Positions 13,360 through 25,352 of a stretch of 64,000 nt of DNA are shown here, piece after piece. The DNA lies in the NCBI RefSeq assembly GCF_009914755.1, contig NC_060928.1; one strand, written 5' to 3'. This DNA comes from the human T2T-CHM13v2.0 reference genome, Homo sapiens. The notes below the pieces were generated by a model. The model saw only the letters and a list, made by a program, of their open reading frames with translations, was not told the origin of the DNA and ran no database searches. A program made the translations under genes and the position numbers. Numbering within the stretch: position 1 is the first letter of the stretch; every line of letters begins with the position of its first letter.

Positions 13360-13780
13360 TGTTGTGTTGGGCCCCCACTGAATTAAATAGGGATGGCACC
13401 ATGTTCGAGAAGCCGAGGCGACCCAGAGCCAATGAACACATATGGTGTATGGAGGGGACTTGAATACAGAGTGGTCCAGAGCAGCCAGCTGGGACAGAAC
13501 TGCGCTTCAAAAAGCAGTTGATACAGATCAGGTACACCTACACTCCCAAGGTGTGGCTAAGCCGCTATCAGGTGTCAAGCGTGTAAGAGTCACTGCCAGG
13601 ATATACTTGAGTTGCTTTCAGCTGTCATAACTCTAATAGGATGGGGATCCTGAGGTCTGCATACACCAGTGGTTCACATCTCTGAGGACCCAGCTACTTC
13701 GCTGGCCCTTTCTGGAACCTGTCTACTTGGAGCTCCGTAGGAAGGGTCTGAAAGGCCCCTTACTCGCACTGAACGACAGC
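13360..13780 (-). mobile_element. Probable ERVL-class solo LTR remnant (LTR47-like)
   Basis: tgttgtgttgggcccc...atagggatggcaccatgttcgagaagccga...gacccagagcca resembles the reverse-complemented U5 end of this LTR group. The right boundary is uncertain. Confidence 0.4.
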
Positions 13781-16700
13781 CAGAATAAGACTAATTTGCC
13801 TTCCCCTTCCCTGCTGATTTCTCTGGGGTGCTGCTTCCGATAGTGACCAGCGTCCTTGCATCTCCAGCTGCACTGACCAGAAATCTCACCCCCCACTTAG
13901 GTTAAAGCCTTCACTAAATCTAGTTGCTTAGAACCTCTGTATCAAATCTTTCTGTAGCCACAGCCCTGCTTTGGTGCTCTTTAACCTGGGTTATTCTAAT
14001 TTCTTCCTGACCAGTTAATCTGTATCTGCTTGGAGCCCCTTACTGCAGCCAGAGAAACTTTAAAAGCTTGTTGAGCCTTGGGTAGCCTAGGTTTCTATCT
14101 TGAGACCGAACATCCTCCCTGGGCTTCTGAGACACTGGCATGCTGAGGCTCTGCCTGGCTCAAGGAGCAAGTCTCCTGGGTCATTCTGTTGTGGCACCTG
14201 TCTCTGGGTCTTCACTGATGCCTCAGTTTAAGGCCAATCCACCCTCAAGCTATACTCCCATTTTGTTGCACACTGGTTTGCTTATGACTATGGGGTTCAT
14301 CAGCGTCTCGACTCTCCCCTTTTTAGGGATTGAGAGCAGGGACCTTGTTGCTCGAGCACTTGTTGCAGGGGCCCACCCAGACAATTGGAAACAGAACGCA
14401 GGTGTGCCAGATCTATGAACACCTGCGTGCTTTTCAGACAGTGGCAATTCTTCCTTTTGCTGTGTGAGCGAGCAACATAAGTATCACCTGAACTTAATTC
14501 TAAAGTGGCAACAATGTGTTCTTGAAACTTCTAAGCAGCAGCAGCTTAGGATACTTAACTCTTCGACTACCTTTGGGGTAAACTAGCTCCAATTGGGTAA
14601 CTTGGGCAAACCGCTAACTGGCGTCAGGTGCTAAATGAGCTGTTTAACAGCTTTCCACTCAGGGGAAAACAAGTTTGGAGTGGGTTCCGAACGCTTTATG
14701 TAACGCAAACAGTGGGGGCGTGTGGATTCCTGGAATGCACCTTGTCCTCTGAGCACGCTGAGTCCTGGCTTCTAGAGCCACAAACTGCAAATACGTCAGA
14801 TGTGTGAGGCCTATACTGGAAGCTTTGGGGAGGAACAAAGCCACAGGAGAGCTGAATTTCTCTCCAAAGCCTGTCAAGCTGCTTCCTCACTTTCAACCCT
14901 CATGGGTTCTGTCCAGGCTCAGGAAAAGGGGGCTTTCTCTTTCCTGTTGCTTCAACTGTATCAACCCCCTAGGAAGAGCCCTATGCAAGGGTAGCGCTGC
15001 TCCCGTCTAGCTCACCCTGTGGACTGAACCCCCGCCCTTTCCACAAAGGACTGTTGGGTATAGTGGGGGAAGCCTTTCTGCTCCAGGAATTTCAGTCCCT
15101 TTTGCAGGCCTGTCCCTGTCTCATAAATAAGCTCAAGTCATACTCAAAGTTTCATCTCCGGAGTGTCCCTGGAGTAAATCACCTTTATCTACTACCTCAA
15201 GCCAGTCTCGCTGCCTCCACCTCCCCATCTGCACAGGGAGTTGGAGTGATTGCCAGTGAGTCCTCTAGAGGGTCTGACACATGGTGGGAAGTGGCTGCCC
15301 ACAGCCTGAGTTAATGTGTAACGCTTTTGGCTATGCTGTCAGGCTTTCAGATCTTTAATTCTCAAATCTCACTGGTTGGATCGAGTCCATAGTCCGTTAC
15401 TAGCTGTGACTAGGGAGGGTGGTGAAATGCATGGCAAAAGCAGCTACTGGTATCCACCTTTTGACCTGGAAAAATCCGGGTTGTGGGGCCTGGGCTGTCC
15501 CTCCAAAGTGAACTGGAAACCGGGCTACCTTGCCAGAAGTGCTTGGATGCCTTTGTCAGAGGACTGGTAACAAAGCCTTTAACCTGCTAGCATAAACCTT
15601 ATGCAAAAGGGGTTAGTCCGGTTAATTCTGCCAAGGCAAGAAATGAGTTATCTGCAACCCTCCAGTGAACTCGTTTACTGAATCCCTTCTTGGGGGGCCC
15701 TATGTGTTGTAAATACCTTTCTTTCCAGTTGAGCAGCCCATTGGAAAGTGGGTTTTGCAAATAAGCAAATAACTAACACCTGCATGCTGCAGCAGCTTTA
15801 AATCCCTGCAAGTCATGGAAGCTTGGGCATAACTTTTCAGTTTGAGGTTACTGAAGGATGTACTTCTAAACAGCTAATCAACGGCATAACTTCAGTAACA
15901 CAGTACAAGGAATATATCCTACTTGGGTTGTCTACCCTTGTTTCTTAACCATAGCTTCAGGCAACGAAAGCTATCTGATCATCTTCAAGATCCCGGTGAA
16001 GGGGGTGGTAACTGGGTGGAGTTGAGCCTCCACACTGGAGGACCTAAGGCCGTGTCTTGCACTGCTTCGAAGCTCCTGTAGCTGCAAAAGAACTCTGGGG
16101 ACAGTTAAACAATTCCCCTGTCTCATTCTTTCTTCTTAAACTCCCATAAGTGATAGAACACAGTCGCTTCTGTCTACCTGCTGCCTGAGACTTGGTGTGT
16201 TGCTGTGAGGCCTGGTGACAGCCCCGGCCTGTCCTTTCCCGGGACCCTTCCTGGAACGTTTACTTACCCTCATACTTGCAAGCACTTCGTGTGAGCTAGA
16301 TGCTGGGTTTGTGGGCCCTTGCCCTTCATCTTACATCAGGGAAGGGAACTTGGGTTGGAACTTTGCCGAGTTGAAAAGCAAGTGATGCAACCAGGAGTTA
16401 AACAGGTTGGGTCTACAGAGTCTAAACTGTCCTTTACACGTGAAAGGGCTGAAATGGATAGATCAGATATGGAAGTTTTAATTGTGCCCCTAAATAACCA
16501 ACTTTTCCAGTGAAGGTAGAATCTTAGCATGCTCTCACCCAAGTTCAAGGATAGCGTCAGTCGCTCTCCAGTTGAAAGCTTTGTCTTTGGGTAACTACTT
16601 ACCGTCCTAGGGTTTCTGCCTTTTCCTTCTGACTCAGTCCACAGTGCCTGGGTCTTTGCTGGCCTCCAGTTGTGTGGTCAGAGCTAACGTGTTTGGCTGT

Positions 16701-17514
16701 TGAGCACCGGTGTCTGGCTTGTTTTGTGCCCACAGTGCAGGGGCTTGGCTACGTGGTCACTGGGCATCCTGTGGTGCTGTGGGGGTCTGGTCTGAGCGCT
16801 GTGCCAGTGCCTGTTGCTGATATGGAGATTCCGGTCATGAGGCTGTTCGCTGCAGCGAGTCTCCTTGTACAGACCCTGTGGTGTGGCCTTCTTGCCCATT
16901 GGCCTGAGGGCTTGGGTCCTTCCTCTGCTCCATGAGCATAGAAACTCTAGATCTCAACACCCTGTGTTTGAGTGTTCAAGACTGTTAAACAGAACTGGAT
17001 CCCAGCCCTCTTTTCCAGGAGTGCTGAGGATCTTTGAGCCCTGACACAGCCACAAATCCATCACAGCTCCTGCCAGCACCTCCCAATGCTGCCCCTGGTT
17101 CCTTGGCGGTGGCCTCCGGCCATTTCCAAACACTTCTGCTATTAGCTGCCTTTATAGTCGGCTTCCCTCAACACGTGGACCAAAGGGTCAGCTTTTCTGC
17201 GAAACAGGATGGATATAGATTGTTAGTGGAGGAGGGCTCTTGTATTTGTTGCCATGGAGACAGTGACCAGCTGGATGCCCTGCCTCTCCGTTCTCATGCC
17301 TCCCTGTGGGGGAGGGGGGGAATCGCACTGCGGATGGGCCTAGGGAACTTGGACATGTGTCATTCAGCCCTTTGCTCCTTTGACTCAGGCTCTGCCTGCC
17401 TGTGGTAAACAGGTGCTCTGATCTGCTCCCTCCAAGTGGGTGGTGTTTCTGGGTAGACATTGCCCATCCCAGCAGTGGGGATCTGGTAGTTGAGATCTGC
17501 ATGTGGCTGGGAAG

Positions 17515-17930
17515 CTGTACTGCTCTGCTAGGGCTGGCATAACAAACTGCTATGAACTTGGTGGTTTCAACGGAAATTCTTTTCTGGAAGCCAGGAAATC
17601 TGAGATCAAGAGGTGGGGTGTGGTTGGCTCCTTGCCAGGCTGTGAAGACTGTTTCAGGCCTCTAGCTTCTGATGGTCTGCTGGCATCTCTGCTCCTTGGC
17701 CTGTGGGACCACCACCCCATCCCTGTTTTCATCCTTAATGTCTTCTCCCTGTGCCTGTTTCCGCTTCCCTGTTTAAAGGACACTGGTCCTATGGGAGTAG
17801 GGCCCACTTTGAGTTTTACTTCATCTTAATTGCAGCAGCAGGCCACCCTGTCTCTAAACAAGGTCACACACTGAGAAAATACTTCACTGTAGGGGCTGAG
17901 TTTCATCTATATTGAAGGTAGGGCTTGCCC
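17515..17930 (-). mobile_element. MLT1 (MaLR) LTR
   Basis: ctagggctggcataacaaa...gaagccaggaaatctgagatcaag...taaaggacactggtc...ctaaacaaggtcacacactgag are diagnostic MLT1 motifs in reverse orientation. Confidence 0.75.
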
Positions 17931-19499
17931 TGTCATCCTCCCACCCGTAAAGCCCCAACCACCAGCCTCTCAGCGCCTTGGGGACAAGGCAGAGGCGGTT
18001 GAGTTGCGGTGACCCACCTTGTTGACAGTGGCAGTGGTCACACTGTAAAGTGTTGCCACCCATTCTGGGGCACCAGCCCTTGGGGAAACTGGACTTAAGG
18101 CACAACCTGGATCAAGAGGCTAGGTGCCTGCACTATATCTGCCTGGCAAAGGAATCACTGAGGAAGTGACTGAAAAGTGCTTCCCTATCTCTGCCCCTGG
18201 TTTTGGCTTTCATCCTAAAATGCTCTAATGAAGCGGCCTAAAACACATGGCTGCCTTAGAAAACAACCACTGGAGCATTTGAGGAGTTGGCATCTCCCCC
18301 CTGCCTTTGGGGACCGTGGGACCAGTTTCTTAGCTCGGCTGCTGTGGCCATAAAAGTACTCCTGCTTCTAGGCATGACCCGGAGGATGGTGGTGGCCACA
18401 AAGCAACCAGGAGTGGGTGCTGTCTCAATGTCCCTGGCTTGGGCCCTAGGTCTAGACAAGGACCTCGGTCCACTTTGTTCCGGTCTGGGAGGGTTCCAGT
18501 CATTCCCGATGGCATTGCTGGGATTGGACAGGAAGTCCCTACCATACACAGGCAACTCAGGTTCATGTAGAAGGAGGCTCCTCAATAAGGGAAAACATCA
18601 AAGGGGGAAGTTTTAGATGAATGAGCTCAGACTCCGATGAAGCTGATAGACCGAGTAGCACGACACATTCTGGAATATCTGGCAACTGGCATGGACTCCG
18701 TAAAAGGATTTTAATTTTTGTCTGCTTTTCGAGGTACATTTAGGCACAGCTGTTAAATTGGTAGTTATGTCCTATTGGGAAAGATGCTGCAGTTGTGGCC
18801 ACAGTGGAGGCTTCTACACACGTGGGACACGGGGGACCCTGAGAGACTTGGCCCTGCTGCAGATTAAAGATGACCGAGGCAGTATAGTGTCGGCAGGTCA
18901 GCCACATACCTAGTGCTTGCCTGGCATACTGGATGTTACATGATTTTCAATCTCATCTTAGGTAGTACGGGAAAGTGGTCTCTAATTTGTTCCCCATATG
19001 ATTTGTAGGAATGGTCTTAAAATGCTGGGTGGTGAAATCAACGTTGTGTTCCTTGTAATATTTGAAACCTGGAAACTGCAAGTGCTCAGTCATAAGAGCT
19101 GATGTCAGCCACTGGGTGTCTATTTGGTTCACAAAGCTTACTTCAGCCCTCCCAAATGTTCTCCCACTCCACATCAATACCCAGCTTCAAAAGGAGCCTC
19201 CAAGCAAAGTGTTTTTGGGTATCAACCTTGACCGTGGAGGAATTGTGAAGCCAACGTAGCAAGATACCTTGATCATGTGGACTATCACAACCTGTGGGAT
19301 TGTGAACATCTAGAGTCATGTATGCACCTCACATGTCTACCGAACACCAAAGGGTCAGACACGAATGCAGTATTCTGGAGCTTGGTGCCTAGTCACTTAT
19401 TCCCCCTCTGTAATACAAATTGTTGGTGCGTTATAAGGATAAAACGCAGGCTCTTAAGGCCTGGTCATATTAGAAGTGCTCGAATGTCATGTACATGTT

Positions 19500-20050
19500 A
19501 GGTGGCTGGAGGTACTATGGAAAATAGGAACATGTTATCTCTTCTGTGTGAAGGTCAGGGAGGCTCTTGTAGGACTCTAAAGTTGATATGTGAAGGATGT
19601 GAAGAGCATAGAGTAGTATGTGATATGCTTGGCAAAGGAATGGAGTCTCCCTGAATACCCGTGTGGAATGGAAGTAGGGCTGGGAAATTAGAGCCAGGGC
19701 GAGTGGCTGGGGCTGCTTCATGGAGGTTCCCCAATGACCTCATGATCAGATGCCATCAGGATGTGTCAAGCGTGATGTGGATCAGATTGACTTGTTGGGG
19801 TCACTACTCCCTGTGGAGGGTGGGGTTAAATGGACCAGCCTGGGACACTGGAGTTGGGCCATTGTGAGTGGTGGCCTACGGAGGATTGGAGGGTAGCAAG
19901 CCTGACATGTGCAGGCAGGGGACACACGCAGCATTGTCCTGGATGTCAGAGGAAAGGAGCCCAGGGATGATGAAGCTATGGTTTGGACAATACAGTGGGT
20001 GGTGGGTGATGCCAGTCACTTAAAAGTGAAGGCAAGCAGCAAGGGATCTG
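19500..20050 (-). mobile_element. Degenerate L2 fragment
   Basis: Purine-rich L2-like motifs: gaaggtcagggaggc, gaggaaaggagcccagggatga, gatgccagtcactta. Confidence 0.4.
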
Positions 20051-20961
20051 ACTGCCTCCTTTGCATGCACTATTAGAATTGATCCTTCTATATCAGCAAT
20101 CTCGTAGTCCCAGAAGCCCTACCCCACTGTACGGTGAAACACCTGGGTGTGTAGCTGGTGGCTTCAGGTAATACTTAAGTTGTAACTTTCCCAAACCCTT
20201 TGCATGTTAAACAGTGATGCTCTCAACTTACATGCAAGTTGGATCATTGTTTTGAGAAAGCTTTGCGGTCAAGTCGTTCCTCAACAGATACATTGTATTT
20301 CAAGTTCCTCTGTTAGAATCACAAGTATTGAGAATGTGGGTTTATGGTCATCATGCTGTTAGCTTGCGGATATCAAGGTGATGGCATTATCAGGTGTACT
20401 ACACTGGGATCTGTCATGCTAACGACTCAGCAGCTAGACCACTTCTACTTGAGTTGTCACAAGGTGGGCCCTGATTGTCTCCTTGGAACCATGTCCTGTG
20501 TCTCCTGCTTTTTCCCACTCAGCACAAACATCCTGGATTTAGGATGCACAACTAACTTATAGCTATCTTTAATTGCACAGGAATAAAAACTCCTGTGAGG
20601 TCCTCATCTTAATGTTGAGGCATTAGTCCCGAAGTTAGTTCCCACAGTGCTGTATCTGACTAGGTAGCAAACAGATTTCCTCTGGCTTGAGGATGAGTTC
20701 TAAGTTACGTGTTTTGTGTTAAAGGGAAATTGGCTGAACTAACAGGGCTAGGATAGTACACAAATTCTAGTGTTGGTAAATTAGGTCTAGGCTTAAGGTG
20801 GCGGGTATCTTGGCCATAAAGATACAAATTTCCATTCTATAACAAAATCACTAACATGATCAAAAATGGTTTGACAGGATACCAAATAGAACACTTGAGG
20901 GTAGCGACTCTTGATAATCAACTGCTGCTTGAAGTCACTTATGCACGCAGTCTTTGAGATT

Positions 20962-21889
20962 TGAAGGGGCGGGGTTGCCCCTCCACATCCGTGGGTGTTT
21001 CTCGTTAGGTGGAACGAGAGACTTGGGGGGAAAAAGAGAAAGTATAGAGAAATAAGGGGACCCAGGGAACCAGCGTTCAGCATATGGAGGATCCTGCCAG
21101 CCTGAGTTCCCTTAGTATTTATTGATCATTTTTGGGTGTTTCTCAGGGGGTTGTGGCAGGGTCATAGGATAATAGTGGAGAGAAGGTCAGCATATAAACA
21201 CATGAACAAAAGTCTGCATCATAGACAAGGTAAAGAATTAAGTGCTGTGCTTTGGATATGCATACACATAAACATCTCAATGCCTTACAGAGCAGTATTG
21301 TTGCCCGCATGTCCGACCTCCAGCCCTAAGGCGGTTTTCCCCTATCAGTAGATGGAACATACAATCGGGTTTTATACCGAGACATTCCATTGCCCAGGGA
21401 CGGGCAGGAGACAGATGCCTTCCTCTTGTCTCAACTGCAAAGAGGCATGCCTTCCTCTTATACTAATCCTCCTCAGCACAGACCCTTTATAGGTGTCGGG
21501 CTGGGGGACAGTCAGGTCTTTCCCTTCCCTCGAGGCCATATTTCAGACTCTCACAGGGGGAGAAACCTTGGACAATACCTGGCTTTCCTAGGCAGAGGTC
21601 CCTGCGTCCTTCCGCAGTGTTTGTGTACCTGGGTACTTGAGATTAGGGAGTGGTGATGACTCTTAACAAGCATGCTGCCTTCAAGCATCTGTTTAACAAA
21701 GCATATCTTGCACCGTCCTTAATCCATTTAACCCTGAGTTGACACAGCACATGTCTCAGAGCACGGGGTTGGGGGTAAGGTTATAGATTAACAGCATCTC
21801 AAGGCAGAAAAATGTCTTAGTACAGAACAAAATGGAGTCTCCTATGTCTACTTTCTACACAAAGTAACAATCTGATCTTTTTCCCCACA
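20962..21889 (-). mobile_element. HERV-K (HML-2) solo LTR5 (older LTR5_Hs/LTR5B type), 928 bp
   Basis: Minus strand runs TGTGGGGAAAA...GGGGCAACCCCGCCCCTTCA, with TATAAAA (~21370-21376), AATAAA (21118-21123) and the characteristic LTR5 U3 sequence. TSD is imperfect (agatt/aaatt). Confidence 0.95.
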
Positions 21890-22609
21890 AAATTTAAGTA
21901 GACTTGGCCTTGTCATTCTGTCCTTTGGAGCTGATCTGGAACAAGCTTTTAATCTAGTCTTGCAGATGGAAAAGCTCTTTACCCAGATGCACACAGGGCA
22001 TAAATGTGGGTGAGTCTTGGACCTATGAGTAAAAAGACACCAAGGTATCAATCGCTGTAGCTTTGCTCGACACCTGAGTCTACCTCACTTACAAAAACGG
22101 ACAATTTGGCAGGACTGGCTTTTGAGACTCGGAGACAGATCAAGATGCTTTGCAAAGGGAATGTGTTCTCCAGTCGTGGGACAAAACGTGTCTATTAAAT
22201 TCTTACTACGTCGTAGGTATTACAGTACCCAAATACCCAAGATGTCTCGGCTGAAAGGCCAAGGTGGACTTAAGACCGAGGAATACCATGTGCCCAAGTC
22301 CATGGTCACAACTATTCTGTGTAGAGAATCATGGCCTAGTGCAAGATCGACCTCATATCCCTGAGTTAAGGCACTGACTACTTGTGGGGAGATGAAAAGG
22401 TGGTAATCTTGAACCAACTTGAGAATGGGGGTAAGCTCAGATGCAAGTGTGTGCTTCCCCTACCCGTTATGACTTGGAAGGACTTAGCAGAAGTGGCATT
22501 TGGAGCTCTTACATTGAGTGAAGGGATGGAAAAAACCCTTCCCTGGTAGGGGAAGTATGCAGACCACAGGTGGAACAGATTACTGCTCTGCAGGTACAAG
22601 TGTGCAAGC

Positions 22610-23022
22610 CCAGTAATTGGGGTTCTCCAGAGGGAGAAAGATACACTATAGTTTTTTGTAAGACCTTGTGGTCATGTAAGTTAGTACTTAATAGGGTGTC
22701 TGCAAGCTGAGGAGCAAGGAGAGCCAGTCAGATAGCTCTGAAACCCTGCAGAAAACTGAAGAACTTGGAGTCCAGTGTTCGAGGGCAGGAAGCATCCAGC
22801 ACAGCACAATGATATAGTCTGGGAGGCTAGGCCAGTCTCCTTTTCACGTTTTTCTGCCTGCTTTTTATATTAGCTGGCAGCTGATGAGTGTGCCCACCGG
22901 ATGTGAAGGGTGGATGTTCCTTCCCCAGCCCACTGACTCATGTTCTTTGGGCAACATCCTCAGACACACCCAGGATCAATATTTTGTATCCTTCAATCAA
23001 GTTGACACTCAGTACCATCACA
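22610..23022 (-). mobile_element. MLT2A (HERV-L) solo LTR
   Basis: tctgcaagctgaggagcaaggagagccagtc...actgaagaacttggagtcc...caagttgacactcagtaccatcaca matches the reverse complement of MLT2A. Confidence 0.85.
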
Positions 23023-25089
23023 CCCAGTGAGTCACAGTGCCGGGGGCTATCGGAGGGGACTTACTAGAGAGGGCTGGCCGTCAAAGCATACCCCACAGGG
23101 TTTGGTGGGGGGATGCGATTGGGGCCTTCAAGACTAGACAAGGTATTACAGCTCTTCCTGACCGTGTCCTTGGGAAGCCTTTGAGACCTCTTGGCAGGGA
23201 AAGTTCACCCAGAGACTATTGCTTAAAGGTTTGGCTCATATGTCATTCAGTCCCACAGATGGGCAGAGAGCTTGGGGAATGCTTGTTCTCCTAGGACATC
23301 CAGCTGGCAGCTGTGCTATGTGGTCTATGCAGATGGAGCAGCAGGGATCAGGGGTCACTGCTAGTGAATTGCATCTGCAGGAAAACTAAGTCCTGAGTCC
23401 AAGAGGGGATGGCCTCTGTTCTGCCATGGTGACTGCCAAGCTCAAGTTGGCAGATAACAGGGACTTCTCTGGAGAATTGTAGGCATAACTTCTAGTGCTT
23501 CTCGGGCTAATTCTAAGTACTTCGGTTGAGTGACTCCGTGCTGGGCAGCCACTGTGATTCCAGTGTAGAGATGAGGAAACTGGCCAGTGTCAGACCAGTC
23601 CGGGTATTATAAGACTTGACACTGGCTGAGTGCTTCACTTCTGTAAAACCGTAGATCCTACGTGGAAAAGATGACTGAATTGCTGCATTTAAAACCACAA
23701 GTCCAAGAGTATTTAAGAACTTGAACCCTTAACTTCAGGAAGTCTTATTTTACTTAGATCTTCTCAGTTCGTTTATTGAATCATAGCTCTCTACTTCGTG
23801 TGAAGATCAAATCTCTGCCAAACTTGATAATCACAGTTCATTTTAGACAGCCTAGCTGTTTATGGCATTTTAGATGCTGACATTTCTCAGCACAACTGTG
23901 CTGGCTTTTGAGACTAGATTAAGCTGCTTTCTGATTGACCGACAGGACAAGCTGTTTCTGGATGTGTTTTGGAAATCTGGTGCCAGAGTCTGGATGGTGT
24001 GTACTCGGCCCTAGGAAAAGCTGCTCTGTTTCAGTTATGGGGAAATCATTCAGGGATGTTAGGGTGAACGGATAACTACTCACCTCTTCCATGTGGGTGG
24101 ACTGTTCACCCACCCTTCTGGAGCGGGGGGAGCCATGTTGACCTTGGACTTTGCCCTCTTAATCCTCATGGTTCTCATCACTAGGAAGTAAAGGCTAGCC
24201 TGGGTAGTGAAGCCACAGTTCGTACCTGTCCTAGTTTCTGTCGTGGCGTTGGGTCTGCGTGGCTGCCCTGAAATGGTGCCCTGCAGTGTACTTCCTCACG
24301 TGCACTCACCTGAGTGGAGCTTCCTGTGCTTGTGTTGGAGGGCTGGTGCCTCATCTCCCTCCCCTTGAGGTCTTGATGGGGAGAACCTGGCTGAAATTTC
24401 CAGCTGGCAGAGGCGTCCTACTTGGCCACCACAGGCAGTTTTTATGATCTATCGCAGCAGGAGGCCAATATGTTGGGAGAAGGAAGCCTCCTGGGCTGGT
24501 TAGGGTAGTGTCTAAGTCTGTTTTAGCAGATGTGGGCTGCAAAACTCTTGTGGCTGAGTTGGCTGAAGGTGTCACCTGTTAAAGCCATGATGGGCTCTCC
24601 CCAACAGCTGGAGTACTAAACATTGCTCTGCTGGAGGCTGCTCGGGTCCAAGGCTGCAGCTGGACTCAAAGGGGTTCCTTAGGTGTTAAAGCAAACTTAG
24701 ACTGGTCCAAATCTTCTGTCTCAGCAGACCTCAGAATTTCAGCCAAGAGCTGCTTCTCTGGGTTCTAAAGAGGCTTTAGTGGGAGGAGGCAGGGAAGCCA
24801 GGACCCACCCGGAGCCTGGTGCAGAGAAGGAGCCACACTGAGCAGTGTAGAGACCTGAGGAGCCATGCTGCCCTTAGGCTGCAGTTGTGTTTGGGAGGGG
24901 CAGTTTTAGACTTGATAAGAGGGCACGAGTGGGCACAGGAGCCCAGCGTGGCTGCAGGGTGACCTGGAATTGGGCAGGGCACAGGTGGGCGCGGGAATGC
25001 AGTATGACTGCAGGGGTTGACCTCTCTCAGGGTGCCAGGAGTGCAGTGTGGCTGCAGGGTGACATCCAGGAGCGTGCTCAGGAGACTGA

Positions 25090-25352
25090 CCCCAGTGACT
25101 GACGTGGACTCTCCCCAGTGACTGACGTGGACTCTCCCCAGTGACTGACGTGGACTCTCCCCAGTGACTGACGTGGACTCTCCCCAGTGACTGACGTGGA
25201 CTCTCCCCAGTGACTGACGTGGACTCTCCCCAGTGACTGACGTGGACTCTCCCCAGTGACTGACGTGGACTCTCCCCAGTGACTGACGTGGACTCTCCCC
25301 AGTGACTGACGTGGACTCTCCCCAGTGACTGACGTGGACTCTCCCCAGTGAC
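25090..25352. repeat. Perfect minisatellite, 23-bp unit ccccagtgactgacgtggactct, ~11.4 copies
   Basis: Directly visible. Produces the repetitive ORFs at 24776-25410. Confidence 0.98.

Noticed and set aside
14800-15285. Possible old LTR ending ...gagggtctgaca
   Set aside because: I could not assign a family or boundaries without Dfam. If it is a plus-strand LTR, it would slightly weaken the strand-bias argument.
21205-21225. LTR5_Hs OCT4 motif (ATGCAAAG) as an embryonic enhancer
   Set aside because: Here it reads ATGCAGAC on the minus strand, so the motif is not intact.
21900-22300. Possible third copy of the local duplication (short matches to ~48130-48400)
   Set aside because: The matches are too short to establish by eye; it needs a dot plot.
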